Positions 8,066 to 15,527 of a DNA stretch of 20,927 bases are shown piece after piece (position 1 is the stretch's first letter; each line of letters begins with the position of its first letter). The stretch is from an uncultured virus (IMG/VR IMGVR_UViG_3300042731_008559). Lineage: Duplodnaviria; Heunggongvirae; Uroviricota; Caudoviricetes. The notes below the pieces were generated by a model. That model saw only the letters and a list, made by a program, of their open reading frames with translations. It did no database searches and was not told the origin of the DNA. The stretch is from the IMG/VR virus record IMGVR_UViG_3300042731_008559. One strand, written 5' to 3'. A program made the position numbers and the translations under genes.

Positions 8066-8346
8066 TCTGTCTACGCTGCGGCTACTGCTGCACAACCACC
8101 ATGGTCGTCATCGTGGACGACCCAAAGCTCGGCATCGTAGAAGATAACCTCAAGGCCGTGGGCTTCAATGGTCCCGAGCGATGTCAGCATCTCGTCGGCG
8201 ACAAGCCAGGCGAGTATTCCTGCGCCGTTCACGACGAGCCCTGGTACTGCGAGACGCCTTGTGCCTCTCACGGGCAGATTGAGCGATCGCCCACAGACGA
8301 GTGCCGAATGGGTCGCTACATCCTAGACGGTGGCCTCGACGACTAA
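8062..8346 (+). CDS. YkgJ-like CxxCxxCC cysteine-cluster protein
   Basis: CLRCGYCC...CQHL...CAVH...C pattern; GTGA overlap. Confidence 0.78.
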   Translation: MICLRCGYCCTTTMVVIVDDPKLGIVEDNLKAVGFNGPERCQHLVGDKPGEYSCAVHDEPWYCETPCASHGQIERSPTDECRMGRYILDGGLDD

Positions 8347-8367
8347 TTGCATCTGCTACTTTTTCAC

Positions 8368-8396
8368 TGGACAAGAAATGTAGCATATGCTACCTC
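8368..8396 (+). promoter_or_regulatory. Promoter/operator element copy 2: TGGACA-N6-GTAGCATATGCTAC
   Basis: Perfect 14-bp palindrome at 8380-8393 in an intergenic gap; second degenerate box ATTGCATCTGCTAC at 8346-8359. Confidence 0.75.
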
Positions 8397-8406
8397 TCTC
8401 TGCACT

Positions 8407-8562
8407 ATGGGTGAGGAGTCGATTTACGAGAAGAGCGAGTGCCCGGTCTGCCATCGCATGGAGTACTGTGACTGGTTTCTTTTCGGTGAATACCGCTGCG
8501 ATTCTTGCTACTTCAGCTACATCTACTCCATGTGGGACACCTGGAGATTATTGGGGTATTGA
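8407..8562 (+). CDS. Small zinc-ribbon-like protein (51 aa)
   Basis: ATG 8407 just downstream of element copy 2; CPVC...CDSC; TGATG-coupled to the next gene. Confidence 0.6.
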   Translation: MGEESIYEKSECPVCHRMEYCDWFLFGEYRCDSCYFSYIYSMWDTWRLLGY

Positions 8563-8819
8563 TGATGCGTCGCAAAGATGCGCCAAAGCAAAAGAAGCAG
8601 AAGAGCTACTCGCTCAAGTGGCTCGGCATGAACTTCATGATCGATGTCTACAAGACGGACGACGAGAAGCACAAGCTCTACTGGATCTGGAAAGAAGACT
8701 CTCCGGGCGTCTACGCGCTCCGAGCGGTCATCCCTGTCGTCAGTGGCAAGCCGATTCTCTCGGCTGGCCACCTGGCCTACGGCTTCATGCTGGGAAAGCT
8801 CAAGGCGCTCCGTGGCTGA
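8562..8819 (+). CDS. Small basic hypothetical protein
   Basis: MMRRKDAPKQKKQK...; start overlaps the previous stop. Confidence 0.7.
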   Translation: MMRRKDAPKQKKQKSYSLKWLGMNFMIDVYKTDDEKHKLYWIWKEDSPGVYALRAVIPVVSGKPILSAGHLAYGFMLGKLKALRG

Positions 8820-9111
8820 GTTCGCAAAGATCTTTTTTGCTGCGTTCATCTGGGTGCTGTTTATCGGCATCAACACTCGAATTGTGGCCCATAGAACCGA
8901 TTTCCTCATTCCGGCCTTCTGGTCGATGGTCGTCGGCATCGTCTGGGTCATCGTCATCCGTGAAGTCATTTTTGCAGAGCACGTCAGGTCGCTCGCGGCC
9001 TATCCGATAGGCGCAGCCCTCGCAACCGGGCTCGTCACCAAGTTCGTTCCGTCACGGGCCAAATGGCTCAATCACGACTGCAAGGAGAAAGAAGACAATG
9101 CCAAGACTTGA
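8812..9111 (+). CDS. Small membrane protein (about 3 TM helices)
   Basis: GTG 8812; three hydrophobic segments (IFFAAFIWVLFIGI, FWSMVVGIVWVIVI, LAAYPIGAALATGLV). Confidence 0.75.
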   Translation: MAEFAKIFFAAFIWVLFIGINTRIVAHRTDFLIPAFWSMVVGIVWVIVIREVIFAEHVRSLAAYPIGAALATGLVTKFVPSRAKWLNHDCKEKEDNAKT

Positions 9112-9346
9112 TGATCAGATCCCCGTCACCAAGGGTGCGGCTCAGGGTCGACTCGCAAAGGCGCTTCGCGCGTATTTCGAGGAGGAGCAGGTCGAGGTTG
9201 TCGACGTCAGGGTGCGTGCGATCGATGTCGATGTGACCGTGTGGATCGAGAATCACGGCGAGGACACGACGTTCAACGTCCGCCTCCCCAACGAGGACGA
9301 AGAGGGGACCTGCGCGCTCATTGTCGAACGGAAATACGGGGACTGA
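9098..9346 (+). CDS. Hypothetical protein
   Basis: 82-aa ORF tiling the operon; purine-rich upstream. Confidence 0.7.
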   Translation: MPRLDDQIPVTKGAAQGRLAKALRAYFEEEQVEVVDVRVRAIDVDVTVWIENHGEDTTFNVRLPNEDEEGTCALIVERKYGD

Positions 9347-9349
9347 GCC

Positions 9350-9763
9350 ATGGGAATCCCCACGCTCCCTAAAAGAGAGGTCCCCGAGGTCGGCTACCGC
9401 GAGATCCGCGACTGGGTCATTAATCATCTTGGGGACGAATTGGACGGTGAGAAGACGACGAGCGAGATCGTCATTGAACTCCTTAAGAATGCTGTGACCT
9501 ACCGTGACGACCGCGACATGTGGAAGGCCCGAACCCGAATGATGCAAGAGGAGCAGGCCGACGTCATGGAGCACTATTTCAACCTCTTCAGCCCGCTCGA
9601 CACCGAGAAGGCGCACGAGGCGCTGAGACGGGCCGACGAGCTGCTCAACAAGTACGACCCAGACCGTCGGGAGAAAGCTCTCGCCAAGCTAAGGTCACTG
9701 CCATCGTTTCCTGACTCGCTCTTGGCGGCGTCGGGGTTCCCGGATGAGGAGAACAAACCATGA
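9350..9763 (+). CDS. Hypothetical helical protein
   Basis: 137 aa; ATGA overlap with the next gene. Confidence 0.75.
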   Translation: MGIPTLPKREVPEVGYREIRDWVINHLGDELDGEKTTSEIVIELLKNAVTYRDDRDMWKARTRMMQEEQADVMEHYFNLFSPLDTEKAHEALRRADELLNKYDPDRREKALAKLRSLPSFPDSLLAASGFPDEENKP

Positions 9764-10083
9764 GCTTCACAATAGACGAAGGCGTCTTCGGTCTCCTCCA
9801 GGACGCGGTAAAAGACCCCAGGGGCGAGCGAGACAAAGAGCACACCTTCACGCTCAGGGGAGATCTTTGCTCTATGTCAGCACAGAAGGAGCTTCTGCGG
9901 CGGCGAGGCTTTGACGTGGGGCAAAGCAACGTGTACCCATGCCTGAAGGAGAAGGACGTTGACGCGGCGCTCAAGGTCATCTGGGAGATGCGCTGCAAAG
10001 GCTGGTGGCACTACCGCAAGGAAATGGTGAAGTTCAATATCTGCTCTGAAGAGGCGTGGGTCGAAGCGCTGAACCAGGAGTAA
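9760..10083 (+). CDS. Hypothetical protein
   Basis: GAGGAG SD; 107 aa. Confidence 0.75.
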   Translation: MSFTIDEGVFGLLQDAVKDPRGERDKEHTFTLRGDLCSMSAQKELLRRRGFDVGQSNVYPCLKEKDVDAALKVIWEMRCKGWWHYRKEMVKFNICSEEAWVEALNQE

Positions 10084-10085
10084 CC

Positions 10086-10625
10086 ATGGGACTCGATCTC
10101 AAGTTCACAGACACGCTGGTGAAGCTCGAATGCGCCGAGGGTGACCTTGGCAAATTCTGCGAACGAGAAGACCACGAATGCCTCTACAACATCATGGAGT
10201 CGATCAATCGTGGTAAAGGGCTCCCCGAGCCCATCGTTATGGCTCGCAACCTGAACCACATTCTTCTCTATGGTTGTTTCGACACTCGTTACTTTCGCAG
10301 AGCACCCATCGGGGCCTACGCGCTCTATGGCGAGTTCCGAAACCAGCTCGCCAGGCTCGTTCACGACGTTGAAGCAATCGAGTCGCTCTGGGACGATCCG
10401 GACCAGTACGCCGAGTCGACCTTCGCCGGAATACTTTTCTTTGGGGACAACGAAGGATGTATCGGCCCCGAGTGGTCGCAGCGCCTCGCCACAGACTTTG
10501 CGAACTGGAGATACCGCGTCGTCGAGCATTCCGCAAAGACGGGGCCATGGTTTCTCTCAACCTATACAAAACTGTATGCTGCGTTCGAGACAGCAGCCCA
10601 AGGAGGCTGCGTCAAGTTCTGCTGA
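10086..10625 (+). CDS. Phage-type hypothetical protein (MGLD N-terminus)
   Basis: ATG 10086 after AGGAG; MGLD start, FGDNEGCIGP and AAQGGCVKF resemble a common uncharacterised phage family (recall). Confidence 0.78.
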   Translation: MGLDLKFTDTLVKLECAEGDLGKFCEREDHECLYNIMESINRGKGLPEPIVMARNLNHILLYGCFDTRYFRRAPIGAYALYGEFRNQLARLVHDVEAIESLWDDPDQYAESTFAGILFFGDNEGCIGPEWSQRLATDFANWRYRVVEHSAKTGPWFLSTYTKLYAAFETAAQGGCVKFC

Positions 10626-10648
10626 GAGTAAAGAAAGGAAGGCACGAC

Positions 10649-10888
10649 ATGGGTTGGATTCTGTTTATCGACGAGAAGGGGGCACACTGCGCATGGCCCG
10701 ACGCGATCACGCGGATGAGCCCGATCGCCGATGGTGACGGCATCGTGCTCGAAGCTGGCACCAAGTCGAGCACCCCACAAGAAACACCACAACACACCAA
10801 CGACTTCGAGCAGGCCGTGATGTGGGTCGAAGAGGACGTTGAGGGGATGGACGAGGAAGGACCACCTGAGGAAGACGACGAAGTGTAG
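10649..10888 (+). CDS. Small acidic hypothetical protein
   Basis: ATG 10649 after AAAGGAAGG; acidic C-terminal tail. Confidence 0.7.
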   Translation: MGWILFIDEKGAHCAWPDAITRMSPIADGDGIVLEAGTKSSTPQETPQHTNDFEQAVMWVEEDVEGMDEEGPPEEDDEV

Positions 10889-10890
10889 CG

Positions 10891-11238
10891 ATGGTCCAGT
10901 GGGACTACAAGACGACCAAGCGGCAGAACCTCCATCTTTGTTCTGCGTTGACGTGGGTGGAAGACATTTCTGTCGAATGGGACGGTCAAGAGGGGCTTTG
11001 CAAAATCGAAGCAGACCTCGACTACCGTTTCGCTGATGTCCGGATTGTTCTGATTCGCGACGGCAACCACTCTATCCTCAGTGATCGCCTTAGCCTTGGG
11101 TCCAAGAAAGAATTTCGTGACCAGCTCGAAATGAAGAAGGGTGACATCGTCGCCATCCATTGGCGAGCGTTCAATAAGAGCCAATGTGCTCAGTCGGAGA
11201 TGGCTCGTCTTCGCGTCGAGGAAGTCGAAGGACATTGA
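10891..11238 (+). CDS. Hypothetical beta-rich protein
   Basis: 115-aa ORF starting 2 nt after the previous stop. Confidence 0.7.
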   Translation: MVQWDYKTTKRQNLHLCSALTWVEDISVEWDGQEGLCKIEADLDYRFADVRIVLIRDGNHSILSDRLSLGSKKEFRDQLEMKKGDIVAIHWRAFNKSQCAQSEMARLRVEEVEGH

Positions 11239-11294
11239 AACGTTCTTTCTCAGTCCTATTTCTCCTCATCTCGGCCCGCGGGAGGTGAGCCCCC

Positions 11295-11564
11295 ATGCCC
11301 GATGAGAACAAGCTCAAGATACTTGCCGACCACGAGGTCCGAATCGTCGAGAGCTGCGTCACCTGCAAGCACTCCAGCTTCAAATTCGCCTGGTGGGGCA
11401 TCTGCAAGAACTGGAGTTACCTCCACGCCAAGCATATGGATGCTCGATTCAAGCCGGCTCACGTGGCCTTCGTCTGCAAATACTACATCGAGGATCCAGA
11501 GGTCGAGACCAAGACGGGTCTCGGAAAGTACTTTGTCATCATCCGTTCGTGGATGGGATTATGA
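11295..11564 (+). CDS. Small Cys-rich (putative metal-binding) protein
   Basis: GGAGGTG SD; SCVTCKH...C...C. Confidence 0.72.
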   Translation: MPDENKLKILADHEVRIVESCVTCKHSSFKFAWWGICKNWSYLHAKHMDARFKPAHVAFVCKYYIEDPEVETKTGLGKYFVIIRSWMGL

Positions 11565-12043
11565 AACGCACTTGCATCAAATGCAGAGGCACTGGCTATG
11601 CGCCGATGATCATTGGCCGGCAGGAATACTACGAGTTTCATCGCTCGCAGATGATGGAGTACCTGGAACAGTGGCATGACTTCTCGGAGCGAGAAGAAGG
11701 CCCTGGAGACGTCAACCCTTGGGGGTGCTGGTATCTGACCGAAGAGGGCCGTTCTTGCATGCAGATGCGGATCTGCCGCTTCTGTGGAGGCACTGGCTAC
11801 TACCCGATGGGGCCTTGTCCACAGACGCAGCAGCGCGCCTGGGAGCTACTCCTCGATTGGACACCCGAGCAAGCGCTTCAGCGCGTCTTGGAATTGGGCC
11901 GCATTGTCGACAGAGAGGAGGGCATCGAGGACGATGACACCGTCGTCCTGAGGATGGACGAAATTCGCACCATTCACAACGTATTACTCCTGTGTGTCAA
12001 CATCATAGATTCACTAAACCGAGAGAGGGAGAGACAACAATGA
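11561..12043 (+). CDS. Protein with two DnaJ-type CxxCxGxG zinc-finger motifs
   Basis: ATG 11561 (ATGA overlap); CIKCRGTG and CRFCGGTG. Confidence 0.78.
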   Translation: MKRTCIKCRGTGYAPMIIGRQEYYEFHRSQMMEYLEQWHDFSEREEGPGDVNPWGCWYLTEEGRSCMQMRICRFCGGTGYYPMGPCPQTQQRAWELLLDWTPEQALQRVLELGRIVDREEGIEDDDTVVLRMDEIRTIHNVLLLCVNIIDSLNRERERQQ

Positions 12044-12351
12044 AAGCAGAATCAAAAGAAACCGTCGAGCTTACAAGATCTGAGATGGTGCAGGTTGCAT
12101 GTGCGCTGGACTTCATTGATCTTGCCACGGGTCATGCGCCGAGCAATCTATACGATTTCTTGGAGAGGGTATACACGTCGCCCCATGATTTCAGTGACCT
12201 AAAGAACAAGCTTATGGCTGCTGCTGGAGTTGGCGAGTGCCACTGCTGCTGTGAAATAACGAAGCCTCCCCTTTTTGATGAAAACGGCAACGCACCCGAC
12301 GACTGCGCTGAATGCCCGTTTGCTGATTCAAGAGTCGGGAAGCTTCCATAG
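12040..12351 (+). CDS. Hypothetical protein with Cys-rich C-terminus
   Basis: ATG 12040 (ATGA overlap, GGAGAG SD); CHCCC...CAECPF. Confidence 0.72.
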   Translation: MKAESKETVELTRSEMVQVACALDFIDLATGHAPSNLYDFLERVYTSPHDFSDLKNKLMAAAGVGECHCCCEITKPPLFDENGNAPDDCAECPFADSRVGKLP

Positions 12352-12834
12352 ATGGGCTATCGAACCACCAAAATCGAAACCCCCATGCTCGTCAAACGCT
12401 GGTGGGCTCGGCCCGTCTGCTGGTTTATCGGTCACAAGTGGTATGTGCTCGGCATCAACATGGGGAAGAACGCCGGGCTCTCGCACCTCCATCCAGACGC
12501 CGGCATCGACAAGTTCTGCACCCGTTGCGGAGCCGAATGGTACGACGGCAAAATGGTGACCGATGGCTTCCAACGCGCGCCTCGCGACAAAGAACCCATC
12601 CCCCCGAAGAAGAAGCTGAAGAAGCCGGTTATCAAGAAGCCGAAGCGTCCGAAGCGTCCAAAGCGTCCGAAGCCACCGACGAGCCCATGGAGGATGAAGA
12701 TGCGTCCGAAGACGAGCCCATGGAGGATGAAGATGCCTCCGAAGCCGCCTATGCCGAAGATGCCAAAGATGCCGAAAATGTCTGACTTTGGTGGCGGCAT
12801 CTTTGACTCCACCATATTCGACAAGGACGATTAG
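12352..12834 (+). CDS. DUF1660-like Zn-binding domain plus Pro/Lys/Met-rich repeat tail
   Basis: CWFIGHKW...CTRCG motif, then PKR, TSPWRMKM and MPK repeats; directly abuts both neighbours. Confidence 0.75.
   Translation: MGYRTTKIETPMLVKRWWARPVCWFIGHKWYVLGINMGKNAGLSHLHPDAGIDKFCTRCGAEWYDGKMVTDGFQRAPRDKEPIPPKKKLKKPVIKKPKRPKRPKRPKPPTSPWRMKMRPKTSPWRMKMPPKPPMPKMPKMPKMSDFGGGIFDSTIFDKDD
12640..12780 (+). repeat. Intragenic tandem repeats (9 bp x3-4; 33 bp x2; 9 bp x3)
   Basis: CCGAAGCGT units from 12640; GACGAGCCCATGGAGGATGAAGATGC[G/C]TCCGAA at 12678-12710 and 12711-12743; ATGCCRAAR units at 12751-12777. Confidence 0.9.
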
Positions 12835-12836
12835 CC

Positions 12837-13334
12837 ATGACGACGGAAAAAGAAAAGAACAGCGACATCGCGATGCCTGAAAGAATCTTTCAGCGCACCG
12901 TCTCCATCTTGACAAACGAACGCATCACAACCGTTACGTCGTCCTCTGACCAGGGGGGATCGTCCGGAGGATACTTCGGTGGCTCCATGCTCTTTACCAA
13001 TCCCCAGATCGTCAAGAACGCACATGACGCCGTCTCCTACCTTCGGACATACCTGACAGGAGACCTCTCCGCGCTTCCTGAGACTCGCTCTATCGATCGC
13101 GACGAGATGATCGGCGAGAAAGAGACGGCGCGGGGAGTATCGATACGCACCGGGAGAAACGGCTACATCGTCGAGCCCCACTTCAACAACGGACATGGCT
13201 GGATCAAGTCGATAGGAGACGAGGTCGTCTTCACCGATCTGACCGATATGCTCAAGTTCTGTATGGACCACCTCGAAGGCAAGCCAGGAACCGCCTGGTG
13301 GGACTGGGAGGGCGAGAAGATATGGACAAAGTAA
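12837..13334 (+). CDS. Hypothetical protein
   Basis: 165 aa; AAGGA upstream. Confidence 0.75.
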   Translation: MTTEKEKNSDIAMPERIFQRTVSILTNERITTVTSSSDQGGSSGGYFGGSMLFTNPQIVKNAHDAVSYLRTYLTGDLSALPETRSIDRDEMIGEKETARGVSIRTGRNGYIVEPHFNNGHGWIKSIGDEVVFTDLTDMLKFCMDHLEGKPGTAWWDWEGEKIWTK

Positions 13335-13948
13335 AAGTCGGCGTAGCAGCCATCATCGAGCGCGACGGCAAGATCCTCATGGGCCAGAGGAAAAACTCAC
13401 ACGGGGCCGGCCGCTGGTCCTTTCCAGGTGGACACATCGAGCCCGGTGAGACGCCAGAGCAGGCCTGCGAGCGCGAGGCAATGGAGGAGACGGGACTGCG
13501 GTTGCTCAACATTCGCCGTGGCCCATGGACCAACGATATCTTTCTTGCAGAGAAGAAGCACTACATCACCCTGTTCCTCTTTGCCGATGCAGAAGGCACG
13601 CCTGCGCTTCGAGAACCTGATAAGTGCGCAAAATGGCTCTGGGTTGAAAAGGACAACATTCCATTTCCCCAGTTTCTCCCCGTTTTCAATCTGATGAAGG
13701 AACACCCTGACATCCTTGGAAAGCAGCCGGATGGTGTCTCCGACGACGCAGGTGTCCCCGTTGAGATCCAAAGGGGGCTCCAGTCCAATGCCGATAAGCT
13801 CGATGCGATGGGCGGGACCTGTCCGGAGTGCCAGATCACCGCGGACATGTTCCGATACCTTCCCGTCGCCAACTACTTCAACCTCGGCACCAGATGCACG
13901 GGGACATGCAAGACATGCGGCATAGGCCCATGGGAGGAAATACTGTGA
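13322..13948 (+). CDS. Nudix hydrolase (NUDT15/MutT-like) with C-terminal zinc-ribbon extension
   Basis: Nudix box GGHIEPGETPEQACEREAMEETGL; KVGVAAII, RKNSHGAGRW, TNDIF...KHYITLF and EPDKC..W.W are NUDT15-like; tail CPEC...CKTC. Start ATG 13322. Confidence 0.93.
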   Translation: MDKVKVGVAAIIERDGKILMGQRKNSHGAGRWSFPGGHIEPGETPEQACEREAMEETGLRLLNIRRGPWTNDIFLAEKKHYITLFLFADAEGTPALREPDKCAKWLWVEKDNIPFPQFLPVFNLMKEHPDILGKQPDGVSDDAGVPVEIQRGLQSNADKLDAMGGTCPECQITADMFRYLPVANYFNLGTRCTGTCKTCGIGPWEEIL

Positions 13949-14775
13949 GCGAGACAGAAAAACCACGCATTCAAGAGATGATCGCAGTCCATCTCATCAG
14001 CGACAAGGAGGGGAGCCCGGCTCATGGCTGGGTTCATACCCATGGGCTCGACAAGTTCGGGCTCCCCGAGCTGGAGATTCGCGGGCTCCAGACGTTTCTC
14101 TACGGGATGGCTGGCAGCATCCTTAATCAGGTCGGCGAGTACATGATCGAGCTGAAAGAGGAGGGGCGAGCCATCAATCTCGGTGAGTCCATGCAGCTCG
14201 GAGACAAGTTCTGCATCTTTCAGTTCGCCAAGCTCCCTCCTATCGAAGGTCATGAGCACCACTACGAAGTCGAGCGCTGGTGTCTCGTCGAGCCCCCTGG
14301 AGCGCACGATTTCTGCGAAGGCTGCAAGACAGGACCACTCTCCTATGAGCACGGGGAGGAAGCCTGTGACTGCGGGCAGTGCGGCTGCAACCACGGGGTC
14401 GACGAAGAGCAGAAGATGGAGGTCGAGTTTCTCGACGCGGTGGGTGAAAAAATACCCTACCACGCCATGGAGGCGATTGCTGCCTGGACGCTAGCCGACC
14501 CCCAGGCTGCCTTCGCAATGCTTATCGATCGACTCGATGAGAAGGGAATGGCTACCATCGAAGTGGTCAGCGATGAAGAGAAGTACGTGAGACTCACCGA
14601 TCGCGTCAAAGAGGCCATCGAAGCCGGTAAGTCCTCTGACCTCATCGATGAGATCCTCGACGGCTGGAAGCACCAGAAGCATGTCGAGGCGATCCAGGGC
14701 GAGGAGTTCTGCGAAATGCCCGTCTCTGGGCGCGTTGCCAAGCTCGTCGAGCTGTTCGGCGAGACTCCGTTATAA
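13945..14775 (+). CDS. Hypothetical protein with DUF4261/DUF4262-like HTHGL-FGLPELEI motif and central Cys-rich linker
   Basis: GTG 13945 (GTGA overlap, GGAGG SD); WVHTHGLDKFGLPELEI; CEGC...CDCGQCGC. Confidence 0.75.
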   Translation: MSETEKPRIQEMIAVHLISDKEGSPAHGWVHTHGLDKFGLPELEIRGLQTFLYGMAGSILNQVGEYMIELKEEGRAINLGESMQLGDKFCIFQFAKLPPIEGHEHHYEVERWCLVEPPGAHDFCEGCKTGPLSYEHGEEACDCGQCGCNHGVDEEQKMEVEFLDAVGEKIPYHAMEAIAAWTLADPQAAFAMLIDRLDEKGMATIEVVSDEEKYVRLTDRVKEAIEAGKSSDLIDEILDGWKHQKHVEAIQGEEFCEMPVSGRVAKLVELFGETPL

Positions 14776-14821
14776 TCCATCCTCAGGACTATTCATCTCC
14801 GCAAGACCTCGACCTTTTTTC

Positions 14822-14851
14822 TGGACACCGCTGTGTAGCACATGCTACTTT
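14822..14851 (+). promoter_or_regulatory. Promoter/operator element copy 3: TGGACA-N7-GTAGCACATGCTAC
   Basis: Intergenic; 13/14 palindrome match at 14835-14848; TG-C-TACTTT extended -10; T-tract upstream of the -35. Confidence 0.75.
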
Positions 14852-14882
14852 TGGTACCGCACAAAGTCAAAGGTACGGCCCC

Positions 14883-15230
14883 ATGACTCACAGAACCAAA
14901 GCAATCGGGTGGGGGATACCCACCGCGCTCATGTTTGCCTTCTGGATCAACTTCATTTTCACCGCTCCAGGCTGCGAGGACCCGCCGTCGACGACCTGTA
15001 ACAATATTTGCGACAGCGCGAAGCCGGCAGAGTGCTCTGGAGGAGGGCAGATTCTCAGCGTCAACGAGTCTGGTGAGGAGGAACCGCTCGGGACCGAGTC
15101 CTACTGGATGTGTGTTTGTCGCGGTGAGGACAACAGGGCTATTCAGTTTCTCTCGAAGCGCGTCCGGTGCGCGATGCCCCGTGAGTCTGTGGCTTACGGA
15201 GAAGGCGAGGCTGGATACAGCGACGACTAG
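14883..15230 (+). CDS. Putative Cys-rich lipoprotein/exported protein
   Basis: Basic N-terminus, hydrophobic stretch, APGC lipobox-like site, further Cys residues in the mature part. Confidence 0.65.
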   Translation: MTHRTKAIGWGIPTALMFAFWINFIFTAPGCEDPPSTTCNNICDSAKPAECSGGGQILSVNESGEEEPLGTESYWMCVCRGEDNRAIQFLSKRVRCAMPRESVAYGEGEAGYSDD

Positions 15231-15239
15231 GGGGGATCA

Positions 15240-15527
15240 ATGTCGCTCGGCGAAGCAAAGATGGCAGCGCTCTGCGCGCTCAAAAACTGTGGCGAACAGG
15301 ATGGTCGATTTCAGACCTATGGACACCTCGCTGGCTGGGTCGTTGACGAGTTCGATTACAAGGATCGACTTGTGTCCGAATTTCTCAACTGGTGTGTATG
15401 GCGCAAGATTACGAAGCCCACACGGTTCGACCGTCCTGACGATGGAAAACGTGTGAGCGGTTACGAGATCGATTTTCAGCAGATCGAACGAGCGCTCGAA
15501 TTTCTGGAGGCGAAAGCACATGCCTAA
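15240..15527 (+). CDS. Single-unit homolog of the repeat in the downstream 845-aa protein (possible winged-helix)
   Basis: GGGGG SD; AALCAL...EFLNWCVWR...YEIDFQQIERAL matches the repeat pattern of the next gene. Confidence 0.75.
   Translation: MSLGEAKMAALCALKNCGEQDGRFQTYGHLAGWVVDEFDYKDRLVSEFLNWCVWRKITKPTRFDRPDDGKRVSGYEIDFQQIERALEFLEAKAHA

Noticed and set aside
11430..12106. Partial palindrome-like matches AAGCATATGG (~11430) and GTTGCATGTGC (~12094)
   Set aside because: Inside CDSs, incomplete arms and no adjacent TGGACA
12640..12780. 33-bp direct repeat as a possible CRISPR remnant
   Set aside because: Copies are contiguous with no spacers, in frame within a CDS, and no cas genes are present
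12402..12785. Alternative frame encoding an acidic repeat tail (EASEASKASE...DEPMEDEDASE)
   Set aside because: Most repeat variation is synonymous in the 12352 frame, which also carries the C..GH..C..C domain and abuts both neighbours
14771..14776. Perfect TATAAT hexamer
   Set aside because: Formed partly by the upstream gene's stop codon, with no -35 at the proper distance; the conserved element 50 bp downstream is the better candidate
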